Shown: positions 35,801-43,607, numbered from the stretch's first letter. The stretch is 64,000 bases of DNA from Candidatus Peribacteria bacterium (GCA_020632295.1 JACKFU010000001.1:601442-665441); one strand, 5' to 3'. The notes: generated by a model from the sequence alone, not told the origin. Made by a program: numbers and translations.

Positions 35801-36291
35801 CCTATACAACGATTAGCGGTCTTGAATGTTACGAGTGTCAGGAGGTACAACCAGTGTGTGGAGATGGGACATTTATTGACGAGTGTCCAAGTTCGTGTAG
35901 CAGCGGATGCGATGTTGCTAGTTCTCAAAATGGGGTTACCTGTTATCAGTGCGCCCAGAGTTGTGAGGATGTTTGTTCGCAGAATGGTTATCATACTGAA
36001 GACTATGATCATAGCAGCGCTATTCTCTCAGAGCTGAATGGCTACAGCTGTGTTTCTGGTGCAAATATCAGCATTCAGACTGCGACAATTGGTAGTTGTC
36101 ATTGTATTGGTGAGTACAGTTTGTCTGTAAACCAAACACCTCCAGTGTGTACAGGTACGCCATGTGGTGATGTCACTTGTAATAGTTCAGCATCATGTAC
36201 CGATGGAGATACAACAATTACTGTGAACTGTAGCTGGGGAGGCTGGGAGAAAATAGGTAAAGAGCAGTTCCGCCCGAAGGTCGGCAACTAA
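32863..36291 (+). CDS. Secreted 1142-aa protein: duplicated coiled-coil module, Gly/Asp/Pro-rich linker, C-terminal Cys-rich region of about 400 aa
   Basis: Signal MNAARRLFISVAVGSSFLMPTSSFAQ. Two modules start with (I/V)DSFFDI(Y/F).DI.LP. CGNGVVEAGEECE resembles the Myxococcus-type Cys-rich repeat. Paired units C.KD(G/N)GF(E/N)(N/S)M.AC...C..P..CGYDG..C..C. Confidence 0.8.
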   Translation: MNAARRLFISVAVGSSFLMPTSSFAQISVGSIDSFFDIYQDISLPKAPATQFDHPDCITCDDIVDAIMDTQATLQHLGAEADKLLAQHTVYQGLIQTMQASLALLEADLTRIQSEDFVRDETTGETETARNQAARKAYRNDTYQQWKAGDISSEEKMQRDSHSYEMTESELAKWYKNAKADTESEIKTMKEQIESMQGTIDDILDDLEDVLDDIEAGDATLSQLLDALEDCWKMCIDGPVSLNDLEIMPEPLPPLHDGPFGKIQDWIFGIPDIALVPPSDPFNVDSFFDIFVDIPLPEATCPFCDPLRNQIAAMQKDATALQTRLTAMKADLTQANRGLAQAERELATAQQAWDRMNSDDFVTNHSTGVTETARDQAARREFRRNSHDYSQTGSDLTEAELNRWAQKAEARLQAELAAAKKMVNAARTKTKGIQDAMQNIADQLAASQKALSARMESLAQCEASCKNMDELNRTLEDVSVLTPPTSFEPSGYFCSIPVIRSVTCGEDDNEGWMCNTFNLFCPEEEFFIDDALACITGASSSLCDSIGTEPQFFIEGALGTEFPLIISGMDGDINALQHCLSNGPEDCTGLDFGLPGEDILFGNDFLNADPGDFHLGVHGPNDDGFLLGDPIDSDLINVGGGSNDILFGGPVALSDDLIGPGDDSILGGPPSVDILGDPPPQSEPSVANDPRARQVAQAAVDAYLQRNPLQPCEKLVVSVSRVRIGKRVRYTVKITRDRDEALCPKQCTKDGGFENMAACQSACPDPSRCGYDGGTCWLCNRGDESSCQKDNGFNSMEACRAGCNNPESCGYDGSLCYVCGLYDDDDRDLCKDVECDDGDECTEDACNPDTGECTNTPIDGCGDPECGNGVVEAGEECESNVDCKFDQQCNPESCACERMEIISNAKCPDLSYATQNECRQACSGSCQYKQYEDIWCFFCYSEDLWGGSSSSKRSVDEQCDSPMKKKADCERSCDGKCHKSYTTISGLECYECQEVQPVCGDGTFIDECPSSCSSGCDVASSQNGVTCYQCAQSCEDVCSQNGYHTEDYDHSSAILSELNGYSCVSGANISIQTATIGSCHCIGEYSLSVNQTPPVCTGTPCGDVTCNSSASCTDGDTTITVNCSWGGWEKIGKEQFRPKVGN

Positions 36292-36298
36292 GCAATAC

Positions 36299-36330
36299 TA
36301 AAAAAAGGCCCCGCATGCGGGGCCTTTTTC
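36299..36330. terminator. Bidirectional Rho-independent terminator
   Basis: A-run, then perfect palindrome ggccccgcatgcggggcc, then T-run, between convergent genes. Confidence 0.85.
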
Positions 36331-36337
36331 AAACTAC

Positions 36338-36478
36338 TTATTTCTTGCGCTTTGCCGGCTTCTTCTTTGCAACTGCCTTCTTTACTGTCTTTTTCTTGGC
36401 AGCCTTTTTTGCTGGAGCTTTCTTCACTGTCTTTTTCTTAGCTGGAGCTTTCTTGGCAGCCTTCTTTTTTACTGGCAT
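36338..36478 (-). CDS. Lys/Ala-rich histone H1-like basic protein (46 aa)
   Basis: MPVKKKAAKKAPAKKKTVKKAPAKKAAKKKTVKKAVAKKKPAKRKK. Internal ATG at 36478 preferred. Confidence 0.6.
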   Translation of the reverse strand: MPVKKKAAKKAPAKKKTVKKAPAKKAAKKKTVKKAVAKKKPAKRKK

Positions 36479-36589
36479 GACATGAGTGGGGAAGGAATAA
36501 GATGAGCAAATTATCGTCAGAAATTTTTTGTACACAAGAGGCAATAGAAAAATCCTCTTGCCCGAGGAATAAAAAGAGTTCAGATCGTT

Positions 36590-37885
36590 CTATTTTTTTG
36601 TGCCAAAAATAACACATGCCGTAAGGTCACCGGTGACATTTACTGCTGTCCGACACATATCAAGCAAACGATCGACGCCAAGAATAAGCCCATGTGCACC
36701 TGTTGGAATGCCGAGGTTGCTTGCGACGGTCATGAGAATAGCGACCCCTACACCTGGTGTTCCGGGTGATCCAATGGAGGAAGCAATAAGTGTAATAACA
36801 ATAAGAACCATTTGTGCAAGAGTGAGTGCCATACCTGCACTTTGCGCCATAAAGATAATCGCAATGGATTGATAAATCGCCGTACCATCCATATTGATGG
36901 TTGTCCCAAGGGGAATAATGACTTCACTAATCGATGGATCGATACCGAGATTCTCCTCTGCAGTTTTAATGGAGACAGGCATGACAGCAGCGGAGCTCGA
37001 TGTAGAGAATGCGAGTAGCTGTACTCCAGTGACGCTGGAAGCAAATTCCAATGGTCGTCGCTTGGTAAACATCATGATGAGGAGGTGGTACATCATCATA
37101 ACAAGCATGAGTCCTAATAAGACCGTCAGAATGTACATGCTCATGCCAAGGAGTACAGAAAGACCTGTCTCAGCTGCCATACGTGCAGTGAGTCCAAAGA
37201 CAGCAAGTGGGGCGAGATGCATAGCCCACTTTACGATGGTCATAAAGATATTGAGCAGGTCATCAATAATACTCAGGAGATGTTTTATAGTGCGAGTTGG
37301 CTGCATAGCAAACGCTAGTCCGAGGAGGAGAGAGAAGACAACCGTTCCAAACATTTCACCATCAATAGCAGAAGACAGTGGGTTTTCTGGTAAAATATTT
37401 ATAAACGTTTCTGGAAGCCTTCCGACAATGTTTCCTTTTGCTATTACATTGAGCGCTCCAGTATGAGGAATCACAGATTGTTCAATGTGTACATAGGATC
37501 CCGGGTGAAGCACACTCGCAAGGCCTATTCCAATAATGCAAGAAAGCGCTGTAGTACACAGAAGATAGATAAGGAACCGAGGACCAATGTTTTTGAGTTG
37601 TTTGAGGTTGGCACCTCCAAGACCGCGAATAATTGAGAAGAAAACCAGAGGAATCAGTACCATTTTTATCAGTCGTAAAAAGAGTTCACCAGGGAGTGCG
37701 AGCCACTCGGCAAGTATTTTTGATAGCTGAGGATCTATGAGTTTTAGGTCTGGACCAAGCGCAATACCAATAGCAGTACCACATGCCATACCTACGAGTA
37801 CCTGTAGCCAAAGTCTTCCATGTATATGCCGCTCAAGCGTGTGGGCAAGAGCGCCGATGGATCGTTTTCCATCTACGAAAAGCAT
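36590..37885 (-). CDS. Dicarboxylate/amino acid:cation symporter (SDF/DAACS family)
   Basis: IPLGTTINMDGTAIYQ hallmark motif. Polytopic, 431 aa. Confidence 0.85.
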   Translation of the reverse strand: MLFVDGKRSIGALAHTLERHIHGRLWLQVLVGMACGTAIGIALGPDLKLIDPQLSKILAEWLALPGELFLRLIKMVLIPLVFFSIIRGLGGANLKQLKNIGPRFLIYLLCTTALSCIIGIGLASVLHPGSYVHIEQSVIPHTGALNVIAKGNIVGRLPETFINILPENPLSSAIDGEMFGTVVFSLLLGLAFAMQPTRTIKHLLSIIDDLLNIFMTIVKWAMHLAPLAVFGLTARMAAETGLSVLLGMSMYILTVLLGLMLVMMMYHLLIMMFTKRRPLEFASSVTGVQLLAFSTSSSAAVMPVSIKTAEENLGIDPSISEVIIPLGTTINMDGTAIYQSIAIIFMAQSAGMALTLAQMVLIVITLIASSIGSPGTPGVGVAILMTVASNLGIPTGAHGLILGVDRLLDMCRTAVNVTGDLTACVIFGTKK

Positions 37886-38446
37886 CTAAAAAAGCAGCTT
37901 GTACACAAGCTGGGTGATGAAATCAAAATCCGGACCATAGACAAGCATCGCTCCGAGTGCTCCTGTAAGGCCTAGTGTTAAAAATCCGAGTGCGGCAAGC
38001 ATTGGGGCAAGTACACTACCGAGGATGCGTTCAGCAATTCTTCGTGCGATTGCAACGGGCTTTGCAAGTTTTTCGTGCGGAGATCCAAGCAGTGCTGTGT
38101 GGGTCTCCAGCCAATAGAGTACGTAGCATGCTGCAAGAATTGCGTAGATCCATGTTGTGACAACTCCCATTAATGAATGTACCTCAAGAATGCGACGTAG
38201 CTCTCCAACGCCGTGAAATTGGTGTTCGGCACCTTCTCCTGTTGAGAGGCTCATAAATGCACCAATCGCTCCTGTTATTACTAAGACTGCCCGCACTGTT
38301 ACCCAGTGTGAGTTTTTGGTAAACACTTTTATCACTTCAAGTAGACTGTAGAGAGTAAGCAGTGCTATTGGAAAGTGTACAAAGAGGGGATGTAGATCCA
38401 TAGGCAGCAGTATACCATTTTCTGTAGATGAGTGATATATTTTCAT
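37886..38446 (-). CDS. DUF2231-like membrane protein
   Basis: [13 protein letters not shown]-terminal motif. 4-5 TM. Confidence 0.5.
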   Translation of the reverse strand: MKIYHSSTENGILLPMDLHPLFVHFPIALLTLYSLLEVIKVFTKNSHWVTVRAVLVITGAIGAFMSLSTGEGAEHQFHGVGELRRILEVHSLMGVVTTWIYAILAACYVLYWLETHTALLGSPHEKLAKPVAIARRIAERILGSVLAPMLAALGFLTLGLTGALGAMLVYGPDFDFITQLVYKLLF

Positions 38447-38467
38447 TATTCTCTTCCCTTCTTGCTT

Positions 38468-38836
38468 ATGTTTAAAGAATTTAAAGAATTTGCCATGCGT
38501 GGCAATGTTGTAGATATGGCAGTTGGTATTATTATCGGTGCTGCATTTGGTAAAATTGTTTCTTCGTTAGTACAGGATATTATCCTGCCTATTATTGGGT
38601 CATTTGGACGATTTGACTTTACTGCACTACATCTTACGATTGGCGAATCAGTTATTGCTTATGGCAACTTCATTCAAACGGTTGTTGATTTTCTCATTGT
38701 TGCATTTTCCATTTTTATTGTCGTTCGTCAGATGAATCGCCTTAAGAAGCGTGAAGAAGCCCCAAAGAAAGCAGCGCCACCACGGCAGGAAGTTTTGCTT
38801 GAAGAAATTCGTGATCTTCTCAAAAAGAAGAAGTAG
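38468..38836 (+). CDS. mscL: Large-conductance mechanosensitive channel
   Basis: [35 protein letters not shown] canonical MscL N-terminus. Confidence 0.93.
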   Translation: MFKEFKEFAMRGNVVDMAVGIIIGAAFGKIVSSLVQDIILPIIGSFGRFDFTALHLTIGESVIAYGNFIQTVVDFLIVAFSIFIVVRQMNRLKKREEAPKKAAPPRQEVLLEEIRDLLKKKK

Positions 38837-39164
38837 TGCCAGTTAGAATGGTGGCAGCAAGTGCTGTAGCCAGAAGTATTCCCAACCACAGTGCACTCCA
38901 GAGAAGAACAGCGATAGATCGTCGCGCGTTTTTCTCAAAGAGGAGAATAAGAGGATACCCAAGCATCGTACTTCCACAGATGAGAGCGGAGAAGACAAAG
39001 GTTGTTAAGAATAATGCCATTCCGACAAATGGGTTTGGAAATGGCTTTTCGCCCATGGTACTTACCATCGTCTGGATGACAGTCACAAAACAAAGAATGT
39101 AGGTAACAAGTGCGAGTACTTGCCCCAGCGCTATTTTCCAAGGGGGGACCGTTTGGAGTGTCAT
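38820..39164 (-). CDS. Hypothetical membrane protein
   Basis: Three or four hydrophobic helices. 4-nt overlap with the upstream gene. Confidence 0.5.
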   Translation of the reverse strand: MTLQTVPPWKIALGQVLALVTYILCFVTVIQTMVSTMGEKPFPNPFVGMALFLTTFVFSALICGSTMLGYPLILLFEKNARRSIAVLLWSALWLGILLATALAATILTGTTSSF

Positions 39165-39466
39165 ACCTGGTTAGAGTGAAAGAGTTCAGTTCCGTTTTGC
39201 GATGAAATTGATGTGGTGTCATAGCACGTAAACCATGTGCTATCGGTTGGAATCTCTGTCATGTTCTTCTCTGCATTTTTCGCAGAGTCTTTCGAATCCC
39301 ATTGAACAATATCCACATAGTCCCCGTTTTCTAATTTGTTAATTTGCCAAGACACAAACCCTGGTTGGTTTTGCATCCAAGATGTCAGTATTTCTCGTGC
39401 TGCCTCTCGTAATGTTTCCTCTGTAATGCCACTGGCCAGCTTATACTGGATAATGTCTGTGTACAT
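39161..39466 (-). CDS. Small ABM/Dabb-like protein
   Basis: About 100 aa. Pattern GFVSWQ...DIVQWDSKDSA resembles the antibiotic-biosynthesis-monooxygenase fold. Confidence 0.35.
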   Translation of the reverse strand: MYTDIIQYKLASGITEETLREAAREILTSWMQNQPGFVSWQINKLENGDYVDIVQWDSKDSAKNAEKNMTEIPTDSTWFTCYDTTSISSQNGTELFHSNQV

Positions 39467-39504
39467 GCGTACAGTGTATTGTTTCTTGCGGTAATTTCAA
39501 TGGT

Positions 39505-39576
39505 GTACTTCGTGGAGCGGGTGGCTGAATGGTATTACAATTTTAGCAATATCTACCTAGGAGTTTGTGTCCATGA
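39505..39576. repeat. Junction repeat J1 (att-arm-like). Contains the core ggagcgggtggctgaatgKtattacaa and a relic gene 3' end.
   Basis: Aligns with 40367-40435 and 42083-42163. The relic reads LMDTNS* versus VMDKNS* of the gene at 42144. Confidence 0.8.
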
Positions 39577-39587
39577 GAGAACTCTTC

Positions 39588-40091
39588 TTACAACGGCAGT
39601 GGAACTTCAATTCTCATATCTGTTGTTTTTTCTGTTACTTGTTTTTCGCTTAAATTATTGAGCCACATTCTTTTAGGAGTGGCTTTGAAAACTCTTTTTA
39701 CAGCATTTCCCACATGGTCAATTAATTCGTACGTCCTATTGTTACTATGAAAATGTTGTAATGCTTCTGATGCCATTTGCTCATCGTCAATCTGCTCGGC
39801 GCTTGCTTGAACATAGACTCCTCGACGATGGTTGTCTCCCCTTTGTCTTTTTGAGTCAAAGATGGTTATAAATGCCCTACGGTTATTTCTAATGTTTTGT
39901 GAATGTTGAGCTTCAACCCATGAAATCCAATAAAAATTGTAGTCTTCATCATGAAATGCTGTAACTGGGCTGCCCCACGGCTCTCCATCGGCATCAGCAG
40001 TTGATATTGTTACGTACTCAAGCCCATCAATTATCTCTTTTGCTCTTGATTGCAGTTTACTAGACATCATTTGAATTATACTTAATGTCAC
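39588..40091 (-). CDS. Pyridoxamine 5'-phosphate oxidase-fold (general stress protein 26-like) protein
   Basis: YVTISTADADGEPWGSPV...FYWISW...RRAFITIF pattern. Confidence 0.65.
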   Translation of the reverse strand: MTLSIIQMMSSKLQSRAKEIIDGLEYVTISTADADGEPWGSPVTAFHDEDYNFYWISWVEAQHSQNIRNNRRAFITIFDSKRQRGDNHRRGVYVQASAEQIDDEQMASEALQHFHSNNRTYELIDHVGNAVKRVFKATPKRMWLNNLSEKQVTEKTTDMRIEVPLPL

Positions 40092-40118
40092 TCAGGTGTC
40101 AATGATGCGCTTGCAAAT

Positions 40119-40351
40119 AAAAGCCGCAGTAGTAGATCTCGTGCTGCGCACTCGATCACTACACGGCACTCAGTACTGCTTATGCCAGTTATTCGATTCT
40201 AGAGGGCTGTGCCACGAAGTCTGCGAGCGCAGCGGAATACTAAGAAAAGCCGCAGTAGTAGATCTCGTGCTGCGCACTCGATCACTACACGGCACTCAGT
40301 ACTGCTTATGCTAGTTATTCGATTCTAGAGGGCTGTGCCACGAAGTCTGCG
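40119..40351. repeat. Two direct copies of a 107-bp unit (period 126 bp, 1 mismatch)
   Basis: 40119-40225 versus 40245-40351, differing only at gccagtt/gctagtt. Confidence 0.9.
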
Positions 40352-40366
40352 TGGCGAAGCGAAGCA

Positions 40367-40435
40367 GTACTTCGTGGAGCGGGTGGCTGAATGTTATTAC
40401 AACTGTAGCAGCACCTGACTAGTAGTCTATGGGTA
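40367..40435. repeat. Junction repeat J2
   Basis: gtacttcgtggagcgggtggctgaatgttattacaactgtag... Confidence 0.8.
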
Positions 40436-40456
40436 AAGGAGATCTTGATGCAGGAA

Positions 40457-41665
40457 TCATTTTTTTTCGGTACTCCGCCTATTGCGAATCTTTTCTTGTT
40501 CCCACTCTGGCAACTGCTCAATCATTTGTAGGAATAACTGACTTTTCTCTTCTTTGCTAGCTGCATTTAGATAACGAAGAAAGTCATCTGTATCTTTACT
40601 ATCTGCTCTACAGGATGCGTAGAGTCTGAGAGCACCAGGTTCCAGCAAACGTTCGATTTCACGCAAATGTAGCATTTCACCAGAAAAGTACCCTTTCTTT
40701 ATCTTGTTCCAAACATCTTGTTTTGGAACATTTCGGGTGAGTGCAATTTTTTCAATAAGAGCGTCTAATAGTTGAATATCTTTTTCATAAGATGGAGGTA
40801 AGAGTTTTTCAGCAGACTCTGTTATATGCAGATCAGTGTCCCACTCTTCTTCATTAAATGTCTCAACGCATTCCTGTAATAGTTGTGTTGCATTTTTCAT
40901 GTCATGCAATAACTCGTTGGTCATTTTTTCTGTAACAGCCTCATTTAAACTTTCAAATAATTTCTGCTTGGGATCAGGTCTATGCAGAGAGTATCCAATG
41001 CGAGTACCTAGCCATGTTTCACACATGGTGTCGGCGAATTGTTGATTCGTATGTGATGCAACATGCAATGCTTCGTGAAGAAGAACTCTTCGTTGTATTT
41101 CCCTGTATATACGATCAATTTTTTTTGGGGTCTCTTCTATAACCATTTCATAGTAGCCATCACGATCCTTGTGCTTCTCCTCCAAGATGTGATCAACGTA
41201 CTCTGCAAAAAATTCATCTTCGCTACCTTCAGGGCAAGTGCCATGCAATTCTTCTGCTTCGTCCCATGCTTCTTCGGATAGTGCGTCGTCACTTGTATCG
41301 GGGTCTTCACTGCCGCTTGATAACCTCTCAAGTGCAGATTCTGCATTCCCTATAATTGCACTATGCAAAAAGTTGAAGTCGTCACGCTCATCTTTTACAT
41401 CGATAAGGTGTCTATCATCCAAATATGCGATGCCTACAGATTTCGGAAATTCTGCCCACTTCTTCTCATACTCGTATGTTGAAAGAAGGTGAACTTGATC
41501 CTCTTGAATGCAAGCTGGTACAGCCACACCAAGAGAAGTACATTCCTGTTGGAGGAGTGTATTTATCACTTGTAGATTTTCAGAGAGATCCCAGGATGCT
41601 TCCGCTACTTCATTCCTTGCATCGTTTGGCATCTCATCTGGTGTTTGACTTTCATTGATATTCAT
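40457..41665 (-). CDS. Hypothetical 402-aa protein with HExxH (HEALH) zincin-like signature
   Basis: RRVLLHEALHVASH followed about 40 aa later by LNEAVTE. Acidic N-terminal half. Confidence 0.55.
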   Translation of the reverse strand: MNINESQTPDEMPNDARNEVAEASWDLSENLQVINTLLQQECTSLGVAVPACIQEDQVHLLSTYEYEKKWAEFPKSVGIAYLDDRHLIDVKDERDDFNFLHSAIIGNAESALERLSSGSEDPDTSDDALSEEAWDEAEELHGTCPEGSEDEFFAEYVDHILEEKHKDRDGYYEMVIEETPKKIDRIYREIQRRVLLHEALHVASHTNQQFADTMCETWLGTRIGYSLHRPDPKQKLFESLNEAVTEKMTNELLHDMKNATQLLQECVETFNEEEWDTDLHITESAEKLLPPSYEKDIQLLDALIEKIALTRNVPKQDVWNKIKKGYFSGEMLHLREIERLLEPGALRLYASCRADSKDTDDFLRYLNAASKEEKSQLFLQMIEQLPEWEQEKIRNRRSTEKK

Positions 41666-41728
41666 CAGTATATTATATCATTTTATTTGTTATTTGTCAT
41701 GGAGCTCCTTAGTGGAGCTTATTCGGAA

Positions 41729-41959
41729 CTAGTTTAATTCTGAAGCGAGACTTGTATCTATAAGTTCGATCAGTTTGCGTCGAGTTGCATCTGGTTTGTA
41801 GATCTCTTCAGAACCAAGAAATTCATTTAACTTGCTTTCCATTTGAGGATTAAGTATCTGACTCAATCGAAACGTAATCTCTGCAACAGGACCGACATCA
41901 AATTCCCCCAGTTGAAGGAGTCTTTTTTTGAAAGCCAATAGTTGTCCTTTCTCTGGCAT
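41729..41959 (-). CDS. Hypothetical 76-aa protein
   Basis: ORF with its own TGaTATAAT box 7 nt upstream. Confidence 0.45.
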   Translation of the reverse strand: MPEKGQLLAFKKRLLQLGEFDVGPVAEITFRLSQILNPQMESKLNEFLGSEEIYKPDATRRKLIELIDTSLASELN

Positions 41960-42082
41960 TAATGATATTATATCATTATCTTATAATATTTGCAAACAGC
42001 AAATTTCCATTTGCTGACCCCTCGTTTTTTGAATCATCAGGAACTCGTGATAGGAGGTTGATTCCATGATAATTAGACTTGA

Positions 42083-42163
42083 CAACCTGCTACGCAGGTT
42101 GGAGCGGGTGGCTGAATGTTATTACAACTGTAGTGTCGTCTAACTAGGAGTTCTTGTCCATGA
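42083..42163. repeat. Junction repeat J3. Includes a 27-nt exact copy (42083-42109) of the tRNA-Gly 3' end plus flank.
   Basis: caacctgctacgcaggttggagcgggt is identical at 42083-42109 and 42644-42670. Confidence 0.9.
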
Positions 42164-42512
42164 CCTTTTGATATTTTTCTCTTAATTTCCAAACCAAATT
42201 TCTAGAAGGAGAGTCCACACCTAAATCAGACACCATACGATATAACTTATCGAGCCTGTCTGTAACTTTGCTAACTTCTAAATCTTTCTTAATCCTTTCC
42301 GTTACAGAATTCAATGCAATAACACTCATTGCTTGTTGTACTGATCCGTACATGATCGTCCATGGGCACGTTTCTATATATCCAGGACGTGCAGTGATTG
42401 GCGCTCTATTGTTAGATGCTAACTCTTCATTGATTGAGTGTAGAAAATCCTCAGCTTCTTGGACTTTGCCCCACCAATAATCCCACCATAAATCATTTGA
42501 TTCAGATTCCAT
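42144..42512 (-). CDS. Hypothetical 122-aa protein (Trp-rich N-terminus)
   Basis: ORF preceded by TTGACA, 17 nt, then an AATAAT-like box close to the ATG. Confidence 0.5.
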   Translation of the reverse strand: MESESNDLWWDYWWGKVQEAEDFLHSINEELASNNRAPITARPGYIETCPWTIMYGSVQQAMSVIALNSVTERIKKDLEVSKVTDRLDKLYRMVSDLGVDSPSRNLVWKLREKYQKVMDKNS

Positions 42513-42660
42513 AAGTTTATTATTTAACTATTTCTTTGGCTTGTCAATGGATCTCCCTACTCGAGCCTATGCGGAACTATCAAAATTCTCTTTCGTAAGC
42601 TCCAATGCAAACCTGCGCTCGCCTGCGGGCGAGCTTCGGTCTGCAACCTGCTACGCAGGT

Positions 42661-42735
42661 TGGAGCGGGTAACGGGAATCGAACCCGTATGTTCAGCTTG
42701 GAAGGCTGACGTACTAGCCATTGTACTATACCCGC
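42661..42735 (-). tRNA. tRNA-Gly (anticodon UCC)
   Basis: Hand-folded cloverleaf: acceptor GCGGGTA/TACCCGC, anticodon loop CTTCCAA, T-arm ACGGG-TTCGATT-CCCGT, encoded CCA. Confidence 0.9.
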
Positions 42736-42783
42736 GAATACAGATAGTGTTGCAACACCCAGAGAGCATACTAAGACTTCTGC

Positions 42784-43041
42784 CTATTGTGAAGCCTTTG
42801 CGATGAGTTTTCGGAGTTTCTCATCAGAGGGTTTTACGAAGGGATTACAGGAGAGAATACGCTTGATGGTCATCAAGGAGCCAATAGCTGCTCCACGTTC
42901 AGCAATCACCTTCTTTCCATACTCACTGCAGGTTGGTTCGTGACGGCAGAAGCCGTATGGATGCAGTCCCTTCAGTGGACCATGGTCTGGGGAGAGGGTT
43001 TTTTGGTACAGCTCGATCAGAAAAATGAGGAGATTGCGCAT
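42784..43041 (-). CDS. yidD: Membrane protein insertion efficiency factor
   Basis: LIELYQKTLSP...CRHEPTCSEYGKKVI...KRILSCNPF. Internal ATG at 43041 avoids a 5' overlap with the divergent gene. Confidence 0.85.
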   Translation of the reverse strand: MRNLLIFLIELYQKTLSPDHGPLKGLHPYGFCRHEPTCSEYGKKVIAERGAAIGSLMTIKRILSCNPFVKPSDEKLRKLIAKASQ

Positions 43042-43069
43042 GTAGTGAGGAATCGGTACTCTAGTATAC

Positions 43070-43318
43070 ATGAACGATATCATACTGTATTTACATGTTA
43101 CGGTTGGAGTGCTCCTGATAGTGGTACTCTATCATATTCTCTTTGTGGTTGTTGATTTACGAAAGATCATGCGACGTGTTCAGTTGATTACCAAGGAAAT
43201 AGAAGGTCTCGTGATGAAACCGATTACTGTTGCCGATCAGATCCTTGAAGGTGTTTTATCCCTTCTTGAGGATCAGCAGAAGAAGACATCAAAAAAATCC
43301 TCTAAAAAAAAGCGCTAG
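43070..43318 (+). CDS. Small N-terminally anchored protein with Lys/Ser-rich tail
   Basis: One TM then a helical segment. Confidence 0.5.
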   Translation: MNDIILYLHVTVGVLLIVVLYHILFVVVDLRKIMRRVQLITKEIEGLVMKPITVADQILEGVLSLLEDQQKKTSKKSSKKKR

Positions 43319-43319
43319 T

Positions 43320-43607
43320 ATGGCTACAGAAAAGAAGCCACCGCTGGAAGACGATCTTGCCTCTATCATTCACATGCTGAATGACAATGTTCAGTACCTA
43401 GCAAGTCTTCAGGAGACAGCGCGATTTCTCTGGGTCGCATTCTTGCGAGGTATTATGTACGGTCTTGGCATTATTGTTGCGTTTGCCATTGTTGTCCCCA
43501 TTATTCTTTGGTTACTAAGCACAATTAACTGGATTCCGTTTATTGGCGATATCGTCACAGAAATAATCACCCGCATTGAGGCGACTCGCACTGGTGCAGG
43601 ATTTTAG
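43320..43607 (+). CDS. Small membrane protein
   Basis: ATG at 43320 (MATEKKPP...). Two TM. Confidence 0.5.
   Translation: MATEKKPPLEDDLASIIHMLNDNVQYLASLQETARFLWVAFLRGIMYGLGIIVAFAIVVPIILWLLSTINWIPFIGDIVTEIITRIEATRTGAGF

Noticed and set aside
36535-36560. Hairpin caagagg...cctcttg as terminator of the DAACS transporter
   Set aside because: No U-run follows it in either orientation, so it is more likely part of the promoter or leader of the H1-like gene.
40096-40314. 72-aa ORF containing an internal repeat (AAVVDLVLRTRSLHGTQYCLC twice)
   Set aside because: It is simply a translation of the 107-bp direct DNA repeats. It has no start context, and the repeat period (126) happens to be a multiple of 3.
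40119-40351. CRISPR array or DGR template/variable repeat pair
   Set aside because: There are only two copies, the units are 107 bp long with a 19-nt spacer, and no cas or reverse transcriptase genes are present. The single C/T difference is not the adenine-specific pattern of a DGR.
42083-42109. Integron attC-like site (AACCTGC...GCAGGTT|GGAG resembles inverse-core/core)
   Set aside because: GTTGGAG does not fit GTTRRRY and no intI is present. The repeat is fully explained as a tRNA 3' end plus its downstream hairpin.
42557-42769. 70-aa ORF
   Set aside because: It overlaps tRNA-Gly(UCC) on the same strand. Its peptide (…GSIPVTRS…) is a typical tRNA read-through artefact.
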